From: Mobula hypostoma
Lineage: Eukaryota
NCBI RefSeq assembly: GCF_963921235.1
Contig: NC_086108.1
Location: forward strand, 69,442,001-69,506,000
Length of the DNA: 64,000 nt
Direction of reading: 5' to 3'
Positions 25,435 through 37,652 of this stretch are shown here, in pieces. Both the position numbers and the translations under genes were made by a program. Numbering within the stretch: the first letter of the stretch is position 1; the number at the start of each line of letters is the position of its first letter. The notes beneath the pieces are model-generated. The model did not search any database. It was not told the origin of the DNA and saw only the letters and a program-made list of their open reading frames with translations.

Positions 25435-26617
25435 CTAACATTGTTATCTTTCTCCTTCCCTCAGTTTAATTCAGTCTCTATCTTCAGTCTCTATCTGTAA
25501 CATCGTCTATCCATTTTATTTTTATTTTCTCTCCGTGTGCTCACCGATATTGCTGCCTGTCATCGCAGCATTTCATATTTCTATTTGGCTTTGCATGAAT
25601 TTAATTCTTTTTACCTTTGACATACTCTCCAGAACTATTTCTCCCATTTTATCATTGCAAACGTCCACTCTCCCCTTTTTTTGTTGATCACAACCACTCT
25701 AACAATACAAATATCAACTTCACTAAATGGTTGCATGAGACATTTTTAACTTATCAACCCATCTGTTAAGCCAATACTTTGTGTGGTAGGACGGTTTCTG
25801 CAACACCAAGTGGGATATGAGTGAAGATTGAGCAGAAAGAGAAATAAGTGGGGTTCCTTCATTAAGATGAATCAACCCAAGGACCCGTTATCATCACTGT
25901 GGATATACCTTGACCAGACAGACTTCAGCAGCTCAGGGTGGTGGCTTATCGTCATCGCATCAAGGACATTCAGGCAACAGTCATCAGTGAATGATTAAAC
26001 AATAAACTGATAGTCAGGAAACAGTAGGAGTGATTGAAAGTAAATGAAGCAACTGGAGACACAGTTAATAAAGATATGAATCAAACAAAGCAAAAAGGTC
26101 AAGGCAGAAAGTGTAGAGAAAGTTTTGGATAGTTAGCAATGTTGGGTTGTGGTGAAGGAAGGTAAAGTTATTAAAAAGGAGTCGGAAAACAAACAATTTC
26201 AGTGAGCAAGTGATAAGTTATGGAGAACTCTATGGATACAGTGCAAGCATGTGATATTAATTCAATAAAATAAAAAAGATGTATTTCTTTCAGGAAATGT
26301 GTATTTGGTATTTAAGTAATTTCTGATATGCAATACAGTGAGTGTACTTTACTGCAGAGCAAACATTGATTTTGTACCCTCGTTTCCCCTGGGTTTCAGC
26401 TCCTTATTTCCAAGCCTGTTGTTGATTAAATGATATTGATTTTCATTAGCGAAATGTTATTGTTGTACAATGCAATACTGAGAATTGAGAATGCTGGACA
26501 GTGTGAATCTGCGGACTTTATTTGAAAAAAAAGACCAAGTCTGTCAACAATTTTAGGTCCTGAATCCCACACCCTTAGTCAGAAATCCTTGCAAAATACA
26601 TAATGTTGAAACATGCA

Positions 26618-26775
26618 TGAAGAATAACAAACAAGGAAAAATCTGTAGATGCTGGAAATCCCAGCAACACACACAAAATGCTGCAGGAACTCAGCAGGCC
26701 AGGCAGCATCTATGGAAAAAAAGTACAGTCAACATTTCGGGCTGAAACCCTTCAGTAAGATACTGAAGAATAACA
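26618..26775 (-). mobile_element. Short PLE 3'-end insertion with 12-bp TSD
   Basis: TGAAGAATAACA at 26618-26629 and 26764-26775 flanks the PLE terminal sequence. Confidence 0.8.
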
Positions 26776-26806
26776 TATAGTTTACCCACAGCAACACACT
26801 TATCAA

Positions 26807-26888
26807 ATGGGAGGCAGGGTTTGAGGGTCGGCACAACATTGTGGGCTGAAGGGCCTGTACTGTGCTGTACTATTCTATGTTCTATGTT
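26807..26888 (+). mobile_element. 82-bp 3' stub of the same CR1 family as 22249-25434
   Basis: Reverse complement of ~22249-22330, with one mismatch seen by eye. Confidence 0.9.
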
Positions 26889-28059
26889 AAATTAAAGATA
26901 AATTCCAATATGTGCCTGAGATACACCTCCCTATTTTCACAGTGATCAATCAATGACTGGTAATGACTAAGTGCAATATCAATATCACAATTTTTAGCTC
27001 ATCTGATTGTGAATCAGACAGTAAAAGGCCATTGGACTAATCAATGACAACTGCCCAATAACCCAAACTTCCTTCAGCTTGGAGAATACTTTACAATAAT
27101 CTCCCAAAACAGTAGCCTGTAGCTTTAATAAGCAGCTAAATAATTAGAATATTATCACCAGAATGTGAAATCTGATGCTTCAGTCAGCTGAAACTTATTA
27201 GTTTTTAAATTTCTGTGTAACTAATTTAATTTATTGAAAATTAGCTCTGAATCAGATTCAAGAAAATGAAAAGGAACAGAAATTAAATAGAAGAACAGGG
27301 AAACTTCTGTGAAAGAGAAAGTCATGGTTGGCTTCAAAGCAAACACCAAAAAGAAGAACTGAACTAAAGATACTTCCGCCGTAGCGGCTTGAGTAACTCA
27401 CACAGGTAAAATAGGAAGACGACAGACTAAGCTACCGCAGAAACAATGGGATACTTTTCATTAGAAAATTGTTAGAATATAAAATAAAACAATTCCCAAA
27501 TTACGGAATGCAACAAAACAGGAAATTCTGGGATGAGTAAAACAACAGAAGTGTCGATAAGATTTTTTTAAAAATCTAGATGGAAAAGTAAAGAATAAAT
27601 CACGTCTAAAACACAAGAGGATTTTTGCCACAAGTCAATTTGCCGCTGTAAAACGACCCAGTGCGTCGGTGAGCTGAGATGATGGGAATGGGAGAAAATG
27701 TGGGAATTCGTGTGAACCCGCTGGGCCGAAAGGCCTGTTTTCTGCTGTGCATCTCTGCAAATCATGCTTTGCCGATAATGTAAAAGGAAATAATAAACAA
27801 TAAAACGTTTATAAGATAAGCGTAGTTAAAGTAAGGACAAGTTGGAGATGGGAAAGAAATTCTTAGGGAGTGCATTCAATTTCAGAGAAACTCCATGCTA
27901 GATATTAAAGAAGTAACTATTACTTTGCATCCTGGACGATCAATCAAGTTCAAAGGGAACCAAAAGTTTAAAAACTCGGTTTTACATTTCGCATCGGCTA
28001 ATCTGCATAAGTAAGTACAGAGAAGATGTTTAATCCAAGGACTTTAATAAAAATAGCAA

Positions 28060-28420
28060 ACGCAGTTTCAGGGCGCGCGGTCCCCAGGTGAAAAGAAACC
28101 CGGGGGCAAGTCACTGTCTGCGCTCACCTCAGTTCAGCCTTGCTCTTCTGCTTCCAGAGCGATGTGAGCTTCGCAGATGCTGACATGGATTTGGAAGGCC
28201 TGTCCTGCTCCTGAGAGCGAATCACGGGAATGAACTGGCGTTGTCCTAAAGTTTGCAATAATTTCTTCCGCCCCGTGACGCGAGAAACTCCCACTTCATT
28301 GCGTACATGCCACTCCCAGACGATGCCTGCACATCAGATTCCACAGCCCTTACCGATCATGGTGGTGGTTTCGTTCCTGGACCGAACATATCTTAAAGCA
28401 AAAATCTCACAGGTTCGGAA
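28060..28420 (-). promoter_or_regulatory. CpG-enriched putative TTC39A promoter/5'UTR
   Basis: Unique sequence with many CpGs (GGCGCGCGG, CCGCCCCGTGACGCG: GC box plus CRE half-site) against a CpG-depleted background. Confidence 0.55.
28128..28186 (-). CDS. TTC39A: Probable TTC39A first coding exon (MSASAKLTSLWKQKSKAEL-R)
   Basis: ATG at 28186 and donor AG|gtgagc. The exon ends in phase 2, matching the phase of exon 11363-11259 (AG|G = Arg). It lies in non-repeat CpG-enriched DNA. The peptide itself is not recognised by homology. Confidence 0.65.
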
Positions 28421-29315
28421 TAAATGCTTATATTTCAAATGATAAATTTTTTTTATGGAAAAATGGGCACCTTAATTGTGATTTTCATTCATATGATTAC
28501 TTGAATGAAAAACAGTTAAAAATGTACGTTTCCCCGAGACTGCTGCACCGTAGAAAGGCACTCACTTAGTAGAGATTTGGAACTCATCGTTGTCTTTGCT
28601 TCCTCCTAATACATAATCATGCAGGCATTCTGATATAGGGGTTCAGCCAGAGACGTGGACATTTCCTGCCCATCCACAGATGTTGCTGGATCCGCGGAAC
28701 TGCTCCGGCAGATTGCTCGTTCCTTCACATTCCGGCATCTGCAGACTCTTCCGTCTCTAGAGTTATTGTAGTTTGTTTTGGACTGATGGTACATTGGTTT
28801 CATTAAACACACACACACACGGACAGGGTGATTCTTTTATGAAAACGATCAACTTTCAGACAGGAATAGAAATGTTTCTCAAAAAGCTGGAAACCATTGT
28901 GGAAAGCAAACGAAGGGCCAGTAGTGTTCATCGTGAAATGCGCTGGTATTTACTTCAATTGTTGCACCCTGATAATATTTACCCACTATGCTTGAAGAGA
29001 ACAGGACACAATATGGAGACTAGACAGAAAAATGTAGATCAGCGCCCTAGTATTGGAGGTTGTGTTGCTCTGTCAGAGGAGATATTAACCCCCTGTGAAA
29101 TCTCTCGGAATTGGGGTATTACTGTCACGTGTACGGTGCTTAGATACAGTGAAACGATTGTCTTGCAGATTGTTCATACTTTATCCATCACTGTTATTGT
29201 TTGTCCTTGTTCTAACCCAATGCACTGTGCAATAATCAAGACAACGTGCAGTGCAGGTAAACAAGTACAAGGTCATAAAGAGGTAGATTGTGCTGTCAAA
29301 AGTCCATTTTATGGT

Positions 29316-30705
29316 ACATAGAAACATAGAAAATAGGTGCAGGAGTAGGCCATTCGGCCCTTTGAGCCTGCACCGCCATTCAGTATGATGATGGCTGATC
29401 ATCCAACTCAGAACCCTGTACCAGCCTTCCCTCCATACCCCCGATCCCTTTAGCCACAAGGGCCATATCTAACTCCCTCTTAAATATAGCCAATGAACTG
29501 GCCTCAACTGTTTCCTGTGGCAGAGAATTCCACAGATTCACCACTCTCTGTGTGAAGAAGTTTTTCCTCATCTCGGTCCTAAAAGGCTTCCCCTTTATCC
29601 TTAAACTGTGACCCCTTGTTCTGGACTTCCCCAACATCGGGAACAATCTTCCTGCATCTAGCCCGTCCAATCCCTTTAGAATTTTATATGTTTCAATAAG
29701 ATCCCCCCTCAATCTTCTAAATTCCAGCAAGTATAAGCCTAGTCGATCCAGTCTTTCATCATATGAAAGTCCTGCCATCCCAGGAATCAATCTGGTGAAC
29801 CTTCTTTGTACTCCCTCTATGGCAAGAATGTCTTTCCTCAGATTAAGGGACCAAAGCCGCACACAATACTCTAGGTGTGGTCTCACCAAGGCCTTGTACA
29901 ACTGCAGTAGAACCTCCCTGCTCCTGTACTCGAATCCTCTTGCTATGAATGCCAGCATAACATTCTCCTTTTTCACCGCCTGCTGTACCTGCATGCCCAC
30001 TTTCAATGACTGGTGTATAATGACACCCAGGTCTTGTTGCACCTCCCTTTTCCTAATTGGCCATCATTCAGATAATAATCTGTTTTCCTGTTTTTGCCAC
30101 CAAAGTGGATAACCTCACATTTATCCACCTTAATTTGCATCTGCCATGAATTTACCCACTCACCTAACCTATCCAAGTCACCCTGCATCCTCTTAGCATC
30201 CTCCTCACAGCTAACACTGCCACCCAACTTCGTGTCATCCGCAAACTTGGAGATGCTGCATTTAATTCCCTCATCCAAGTCATTAATATATATTGTAAAC
30301 AACTGGGGTCCCAGCACTGAGCCTTGTGGTACCCCACTAGTCACCGCCTGCCATTCTGAAAAGGTCCCGTTTATTCCCACTCTTTGCTTCCTGTCTGCTA
30401 ACCAATTCTCCACCCACACCAATACCTTACCCCCAATACCGTGTGCTTTAAGTTTGCACACTAATCTCCTGTGTGGGACCTTGTCAAAAGCCTTTTGAAA
30501 ATCCAAATATACCACATCCACTGGTTCTCCCCTATCCACTCTACTAGTTACATCCTCAAAAAATTCTATGAGATTCGTCAGACATGATTTTCCTTTCACA
30601 AATCCATGCTGACTTTGTCCGATGATTTCACCGCTTTCCAACTGTGCTGTTATCACATCTTTGATAACTAACTCTAGCATTTTCCCCACCACCGATGTCA
30701 GGCCG
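29316..30705 (-). mobile_element. CR1 LINE RT/3' half, inserted in an older repeat (~29100-29315 and 30706-30890)
   Basis: 239-aa and 220-aa ORFs separated by one frameshift (QHGF, DFQKAFD, GVPQGS, FADD). Tail complement ATAGAAACATAGAAA; GTAC occurs at both junctions. Confidence 0.93.
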
Positions 30706-31698
30706 ATGTACCAGAGGACCATTCTAATAGTCTTATGACAGTGGGATAGAAGCAGTCCTTGAACCTAGTAGTACATGCTTTCAGGCTTTTGTATCTTCTG
30801 CACGACGGAACAGGGGAAAAGAGAGAATGTCCGGGGCTGTTGGGTTTGATTATATGCTGGATGCTTCACTTAGGCAGCAAGAAGTATCGACAGAGTTTGT
30901 GGAGGGGGAGCTGGACCCTGTCATGTAAGTTTGCGTGATTCTTGATGGATGTAAAAAAATCTCAAGACATTATTTCAGAAAGAGCCAATCCGGCATCGTG
31001 GAAAATGTGTATTCTTCAAATGATTTTGACCATATGACCATTTTCACCCTGCCCTTTATGGGTGCTTGCCGTGCAAAAATTGACCACCACTTTTTATACA
31101 TTGCATCAGTAACCACACTGCATTGGCTGAAAAGTACTTTGGGATATCATGAAAGGTGCACGAAAGGTACCAATAATTGCAACATTTTACTTTCCCGCAG
31201 ATTGTCTTAAGTTCCTATTAGCTAAAGTGCTTTTGGGCACTTTAACATCTCTTTCTTTCCTTCAATAACTGATGCTCCTGGAAGACAGGTTACAATTGTG
31301 GTTATTTCGTCATAAGGCACGAAACTGCAGTTATCTCCACCTTTACCCGTTGCCTTGCAGATACTTGTTATTATTTCGACGTGTATCATGGCAGAACTAA
31401 TTTAATTCTAGCTTGTAGGCTAACTGGTTTTGTTAGTTTAAGAAGGCTATTGCACAAGGTAGAAAGGCTATTTATAGTTGATGAATTTTGATTGGGCAAT
31501 TCATTTGTCAATCAGCCTGGCAACCATATAGACATAAATGAGAGAATGGTGGTATTTTTCGGAGTTGAGGAGAATCCCTCTTGTTAATAGCAGAAGCTGT
31601 GTGGTTTCTGGCACATTTAGTTCCTCTGTTCTCTAAATACTTTGTTCTTCAAACTGTTTACTTGAGCCCACGCATACGCTCTGCAAATTAGTAACAAG

Positions 31699-32306
31699 AG
31701 TTTGTTACGCAAACACGAGGAAATCTATAGATGCTGGAATTTCAAGTAACACACATAAAAGTTGCTGGTGAACGCAGCAGGCCAGGCAGCATCTCTAGGA
31801 AGAGGTACAGTCGATGTTTCAGGCCGAGACCCTTCGTCAGGACTAACTGAAGGAAGAGCTAGTAAGAGATTTGAAAGTCGGCGGCGGGGCGGAAGAAGGG
31901 GAAGATCTGAAATGATAGGAGAAGACAGGAGGGGGAGGGATGGTGCCAAGAGCTGGACAGTTGATTGGCAAAAGGGATATGAGAGGATTATGGGACAGCC
32001 CCATAATCCTCTCATATCTCCCTGCTCCCTCTTTTCTTTCTCCCTAGGCCTCCTGTCCCATGATCCTCTCATATCCCTTTTGCCAATCAACTGTCCAGCT
32101 CTTGACTCCATCTCTCCCCCTCCTGTCTTCTCCTATCATTTTGGATTTCCCCCTCCCCCCCACTTTCAAATCTCTTACTAGCTCTTCTTTCAGTTAGTCC
32201 TGACAAAGGGTCTTGGCCCGAAACGTCAACTGTACCTCTTCCTATAGATGCTGTCTGGCCTGCTGCGTTCACCAGCAAATTTTATGTGTGTTACGAAAGT
32301 TTGTTA
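31699..32306. mobile_element. PLE-derived inverted repeat (~250-bp arms) with 9-bp TSD
   Basis: AGTTTGTTA at 31699-31707 and 32298-32306. Arms are inverted complements (mirror ORFs MLVNAAGQ on both strands). Confidence 0.88.
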
Positions 32307-32834
32307 ACTGGCCCAGAGCTAATTTTTTAAAAACTTGTCAAGTAGAAAGGGATGGCCACCATATTTATCTACGTATAACTATGTAATTTATGAAACATCA
32401 GTCTATAAATGAAACAGGCTTTCAGGAAATCCGACTGACACTGATCGCCTCAGTCACCTTATCCCGGTTAGCACGTGACTTTTGGGATGCCCTTAATTAA
32501 TTAACAAATTGTCGCTCGTTAGAATAATTTGTTACATTTTGTTGTTTGGATTATATAAATGTCACTAACTAAAGTGGATTCAACTTTTGGCCCCTGCTCC
32601 TTTTCAATTAACTCTTGCTAGGAGTCACACACTTGCTTATTTTTCCATCTTGACACAGCAAGAGTTAAAAAGTTACTAGTCGATGGCAGAGGTATGGTGC
32701 GATGTGGAACAATGGTTACAATATTAACGCTGCAGGTTAGTGCGCTGCCACTTTGTGGCTTTATACGTGAAATAAGTTTTAAAGGGCATTGTGGCGTTAG
32801 CTAGATGATGGCCCACACCAAAATCGTCATTACT

Positions 32835-33055
32835 TATAAGGGAAAGTCTGCAGATGCCGGAAATCCAAGCAAAACACACACAAAATGCTGGAGAAACTCG
32901 GCAGGCCAGGCAGCATCTATGAAAACAAGTACAGTCGACGTCTCAGGGGTCCTGCCGAAGAGTCTCGGCTCGAAACGTCAACTGTACACTTTTCCATAGA
33001 GGCTGCCTGGCCTGCTGAGCTCCTCCAGCATCTTGTGTGTGTTGCTCATCATTAC
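32835..33055. repeat. Short PLE-derived fold-back element
   Basis: Arms ACACACAAAATGCTGGAG...GTACAGTCGACG and CGTCAACTGTAC...CTCCAGCATCTTGTGTGTGT. TCATTAC occurs on both flanks. Confidence 0.8.
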
Positions 33056-33501
33056 AATCTTCTTACTGCACAGATTCTTCACCTTTACCACCAAAAAGAA
33101 AGATGACAGCTAATATTGTATCACATTGCAGTGACATTTTACCATCTGCAAAAGGATTTAACTCCTCTTGTTTGTACAAATCGTTTTATTTATATTCAGT
33201 TTTTAAATTAAATGGACTGAAATAGTTTTTTGATGCTATACACAGTGCTTTGATTGCCAATCACATTTTATTCACTTAAAATTGTGTTCAAACAAAATAA
33301 GCAATATCAGGAAAATAAATATATAACAGCAAAATAGTTCATTTACAGGCTTCAAGATTGATGAATGGTTTGTCTGGGAGGAAACAGCTGACTTGATCAA
33401 ATGCATTTGATTACATCAAATGTATTACGCAAGCAGGCGGATTCTGACTTTGCCACAATTGAGAGCAATGCCAAAATAAAACCAAACAAATCATTAGCCA
33501 A

Positions 33502-33887
33502 TCTACTGTATTTTGAATAAACTCTTGTTGGGCTTCCAGCCGGGTACAGGTATTGATTATAACCGATGTTTCAATGACAAACTCTGCTATCTTCATCAAG
33601 GATGATGCCTGGGCTTGGTGGTATTTATACCCCCAGAGTCTGTCCATTCTGATTGGTTAATCCTCATCCAATCAGGTTCCCCTCCCCCCCATGAGGACTA
33701 ACCAATCAGAATGGACAGACTCTGAGCGTATAAATACCACCCAACTAGACATGCCCTTGTGAAGGCGGCAAAGATTGTCATCAAAGCATCAGTGATAATC
33801 AATACCTGTATCCAGATGGAAGCCCAAGAAGACTTTATTCATCATGCATGCCGGAAAAGCATTAGATCCTTTTTCTACTGTATTTTG
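33502..33887. mobile_element. Fold-back element of a second (probably PLE) family with 14-bp TSD
   Basis: TCTACTGTATTTTG at 33502-33515 and 33874-33887. ~150-bp inverted arms (CAGAGTCTGTCCATTCTGATTGGTTA / TAACCAATCAGAATGGACAGACTCTG). Confidence 0.8.
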
Positions 33888-34994
33888 TTGTAACACATTA
33901 CTATAAAGTATAGGCTAAACAAAGAAATTAACCATAAAGAGGTACTACCATCTCCAGATCACACATCATTCCAGTGTGCAGATATTTCTTCAAAAGGTGG
34001 TTTCACCTTACATGACAGTACTGTGCTGGTATCTTCAAAACACAGAATTCAAATACAAATGGAAAATAAATGCTGCCCTCGTCTAACATACAAAAAAATA
34101 AGCAGTATACACATAGTTTCTGGAGTTCACAAAGAGTCCCACGTCCATAAAAAACAATCTGAGATATTTACCAGGAGCACTGCGTATGCAAGGCTCTTCG
34201 CGTTGTCAATGATCCCTCCCATCCATCCAACAAACTTTGACCAAACCCCCCCTGGCACCTAACATTAGGCAGTTGATACTGTCGCATTAGGACAAGGACT
34301 GTTAGGATTGAAAACAGCTTCTTTTCCCTCCCCCCATCCCCCAGGGCAAGAGACTACTAAACTCCCTGCCACCACCCAGTTCTCACCACGTATGAAGCAC
34401 CAGTAGCATTATACTGTTTACTTTTGAAACTTGCGTCATAATTGCAGCTTATTATCTGTGGTATTGCTGCTTTATGTATTCTGCGTGTACTGTATGTACT
34501 GTGTTGTTCACCTTGGTCTGGAGGAATGTTGTTTCATTTGTTGGTATACACGGATACACTGAAGGAAAATGAACTCGAACTTGACCAACTTCTATTTAAT
34601 ATCCAGAAAGTAAACAGTATGTGGTTCTTAATTTCCAATAACATAACCTTTGCCTAATAATTAACCTTAGCATTGTTGGACAGTTTGGAGAAGGCGGAAA
34701 TTGAGTTGATGCAAGTTGGAGTCAGATTTTGCTCGACCCCAGTGATATGGTAGGGAAGGCAGCAAGCCTTTCTGCAGTGTATCAAAGATATCATGTCCAC
34801 AAATTGCCTTGAAACTTGTGACAACCAACAAAGCCTCGCCCCTCAGAGTTGTAACAGTTGCAAAGGTAACAATAGTTTCTAAAATGTCACAGAAATTCAA
34901 AGACATTGATATTGGAATAAAGAATTGAAAAATGTTAAAAATAAACTACTAATGTAGTTATTTGCTCTTACTATAGTTTCCCACTTATTCAATC

Positions 34995-36364
34995 TAGTCA
35001 TAGTCATAGTCTTACTTTATTGATCCCGGGGGAGATTGGTTTTTGTCACAGTTGCACCATAAATAAAAAATAGTAATAGAACCATAAATAGTTAAATAGT
35101 AATATGTAAATTATGCCAGTAAATTATGAAATAAGTCCAGGACCAGCCTATCGGCACAGGTTGTCTGACCCTCCAAGGGAGGAGATGTAAAGTTTGATGG
35201 CCACAGGCAGGAATGACTTCCTATGACGCTCTGTGCTGCATCTCGGTGGAATGAGTCTCTGGCTGAATGTACTCCTGTGCCCACTCAGTACATTATGTAG
35301 TGGCTAGGAGACATTGACCAAGATGGCATGCAACTTAGACAGCATCCTCTTTTCAGACACCACCGTCAGAGAGTCCAGTTCCATCCCCACAACATCACTG
35401 GCCTCATGAATGAGCTTGTTGATTCTGTTGGTGTCTGCTACCCTCAGCCTGCTGCCCCAGCACACAACAGCAAACATGATCGCACTGGCCACCACAGACT
35501 CGTAGAACATCCTCAGCATCGTCCGACAGATGTTAAAGGACCTCAGTCTCCTCGGGAAATAGAGATAGCTCTGACCCTTCTTGTAGACAGCCTCAGTGTT
35601 CTTTGACCAGTCCAGTTTATTGTCAACTCATATCCCCAGGTATTTGTAATCCTCCACCATGTCCACACTGACCCCCTGGATGGAAACAGGGGTCACCGGT
35701 GCCTTAGCCCTCCTCAGGTCTACCGCCAGCTCCTTAGTCTTTTTCACATTAAGCTGCAGATAATTCTGCACACACCATGTGACAAAGTTTCCTACCGTAA
35801 CCCTGTACTCAGCCTCATCTCCCTTACTGATGCATCCAACTATGGCAGAGTCATCAGAAAACTTCTGAAGATGACAAGACTCTGTGCAGTAGTTGAAGTC
35901 CGAGGTGTAAATGGTGAAGAGAAAGGGAGACAAGACAGTTCCCTGTGGAGCCCCAGTGTTGCCACAGTGTTGCAAGCACACGTACTGTGGTCTGCCAGTC
36001 AGGTAATCAATAATCCATGACACCAGGGAAGCATCCACTTTCATCGCTGTCAGCTTCTCCCCCAGCAGAGCAGGGCAGATGGTGTTGAACGCACCGGAGA
36101 AATCAAAAAACATGACCCTCACAGTACTCGCTGGCTTGTCCAGGTGGGCGTAGACACGGTTCAGCAGGTAGACAATGGCATCCTCAACTCATAGTCAGGG
36201 CTGGTAGGCGAACTGGAGGGGATCCAAGTGTGGCCTGACCGTAGGCCGGAGCAGCTCCAGAACAAGTCTCTCCAGGGTCTTCATGATGTGGGAGGTCAAT
36301 GCCACCGGTCCGTAGTCATTGAGGCCGCTGGGGCGCGGCGTCTTCGGCACAGGGATGAGGCAGG
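34995..36364 (-). mobile_element. Rex1/Babar-type non-LTR retrotransposon, 5'-truncated
   Basis: FFDFSGAFNTI, TGAPQGTVLSPFLF, QKFSDDSAIVG and YKYLG motifs; (TGACTA)n tail. Confidence 0.9.
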
Positions 36365-36800
36365 CTCTGAACCAGATAAATAGAAATCTATTCCAAAGAT
36401 GAGAACAAGAGCCTGTCTTATGATAACTACACTAGTGACCAAGCAAATTCCTAAACAACTGCAATGAATGAACCTTGTGACCCTTGCTCGGGACTTTGAA
36501 CAAAGCTGCCATCATCATTAAGTGCCCTGTCATATGGCATGGACGATCAAGGTCTTTGACCATGATTGTTCTTGGCAAATTTTTCTACATACGTGATTTG
36601 CCATTGTCTTATTCTGTACCTCATCAAAAATAATGTACTGAATGCAGTGCCCAGCCTGAGACGCAGTATTGCTTTATTCAGTCTCCAAGGATATTCTTGA
36701 TTTGTCTATTGATTAATTCTCATTCCATTTTGATCATCTGCTTTTGGACTCTTTCCAATGATGTCCAATGTAAGCTGTAGCAAAGAATCTTATTTTCTAA

Positions 36801-37630
36801 TGTGACGAAAAACCAAGTTATCAGAAGATTGATGCTAATGAGAGAGAGATAAGGGAGACAATGGAGAAACGTTCAAAATGTTAATGAGAGAGGAGAGATT
36901 GATAACGAAAAGAGACACAATTCAGAATATTGACAGACCGGTTGCTTTGAACCTGAACTGTTTGAAGTTTGATGGACAGGCGATACCCCAGCAGGAGGAT
37001 AAAAAGAACAGGTTCGCTAAGGCACGACAGACTCCACGAGGTCACGAGATAACGAGACCCTGGAAGAGCGGTGTGCCCCCACAAGTTGGTAGGAGTTTGG
37101 AGGTCTGGTTCGCGGGAACCGACCATAGACGCACAGGGTGAAAAAGTACGATCGGTGGGAACCTGGTGTGTGTGTCCGCCCTTGCCTGGGTGCCAGGTTC
37201 ACCGCGGAATAACGGTCGTATCCGGAACGGAGGGGTCACAGTCGGTGACCACAGAAGACATAAAAGGGTCCACCCAAAAGCCAACTGCGAAGAACATTAA
37301 AGTTCTGCTTGAATCAAATTTGCATTCTCTCTCTCTCTACAACAGCACAACAGCGATTATTGCGAACTGTACTAAGCTGAACTGAACTCTGCATCACTTG
37401 AGACTGATCATTTTACCCCTAGACTGCGATAGAGCTTGGTTGATTCCTATTACCCTAGTTCTGTGTACACGTGTGTTTTATCTTTGCTAACCTGTTGCAT
37501 TTATATCCTTACGATTAGAGTACTGTGTTACTTATTTCTTTAATAAAACTTTATCAGTTTCTAGTAAACCAGACTCCAACGAGTGATCCATTTCTGCTGG
37601 TTTGGCAACCCAGTTACGGGGTACGTAACA
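36801..37630 (+). repeat. 5' LTR (830 bp)
   Basis: TGTGACG...CGTAACA; direct repeat of 40849-41681; AATAAA near the 3' end. Confidence 0.95.
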
Positions 37631-37634
37631 TAAG

Positions 37635-37652
37635 TGGGGGCTCGTCCGGGAT
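37635..37652 (+). promoter_or_regulatory. Primer-binding site, tRNA-Pro
   Basis: TGGGGGCTCGTCCGGGAT, the 18-nt complement of the tRNA-Pro 3' end, 4 nt after the LTR. Confidence 0.92.

Noticed and set aside
28773..29321. 182-aa ORF near the TTC39A promoter
   Set aside because: Runs through a CA repeat and into an old repeat; no protein-like motifs.
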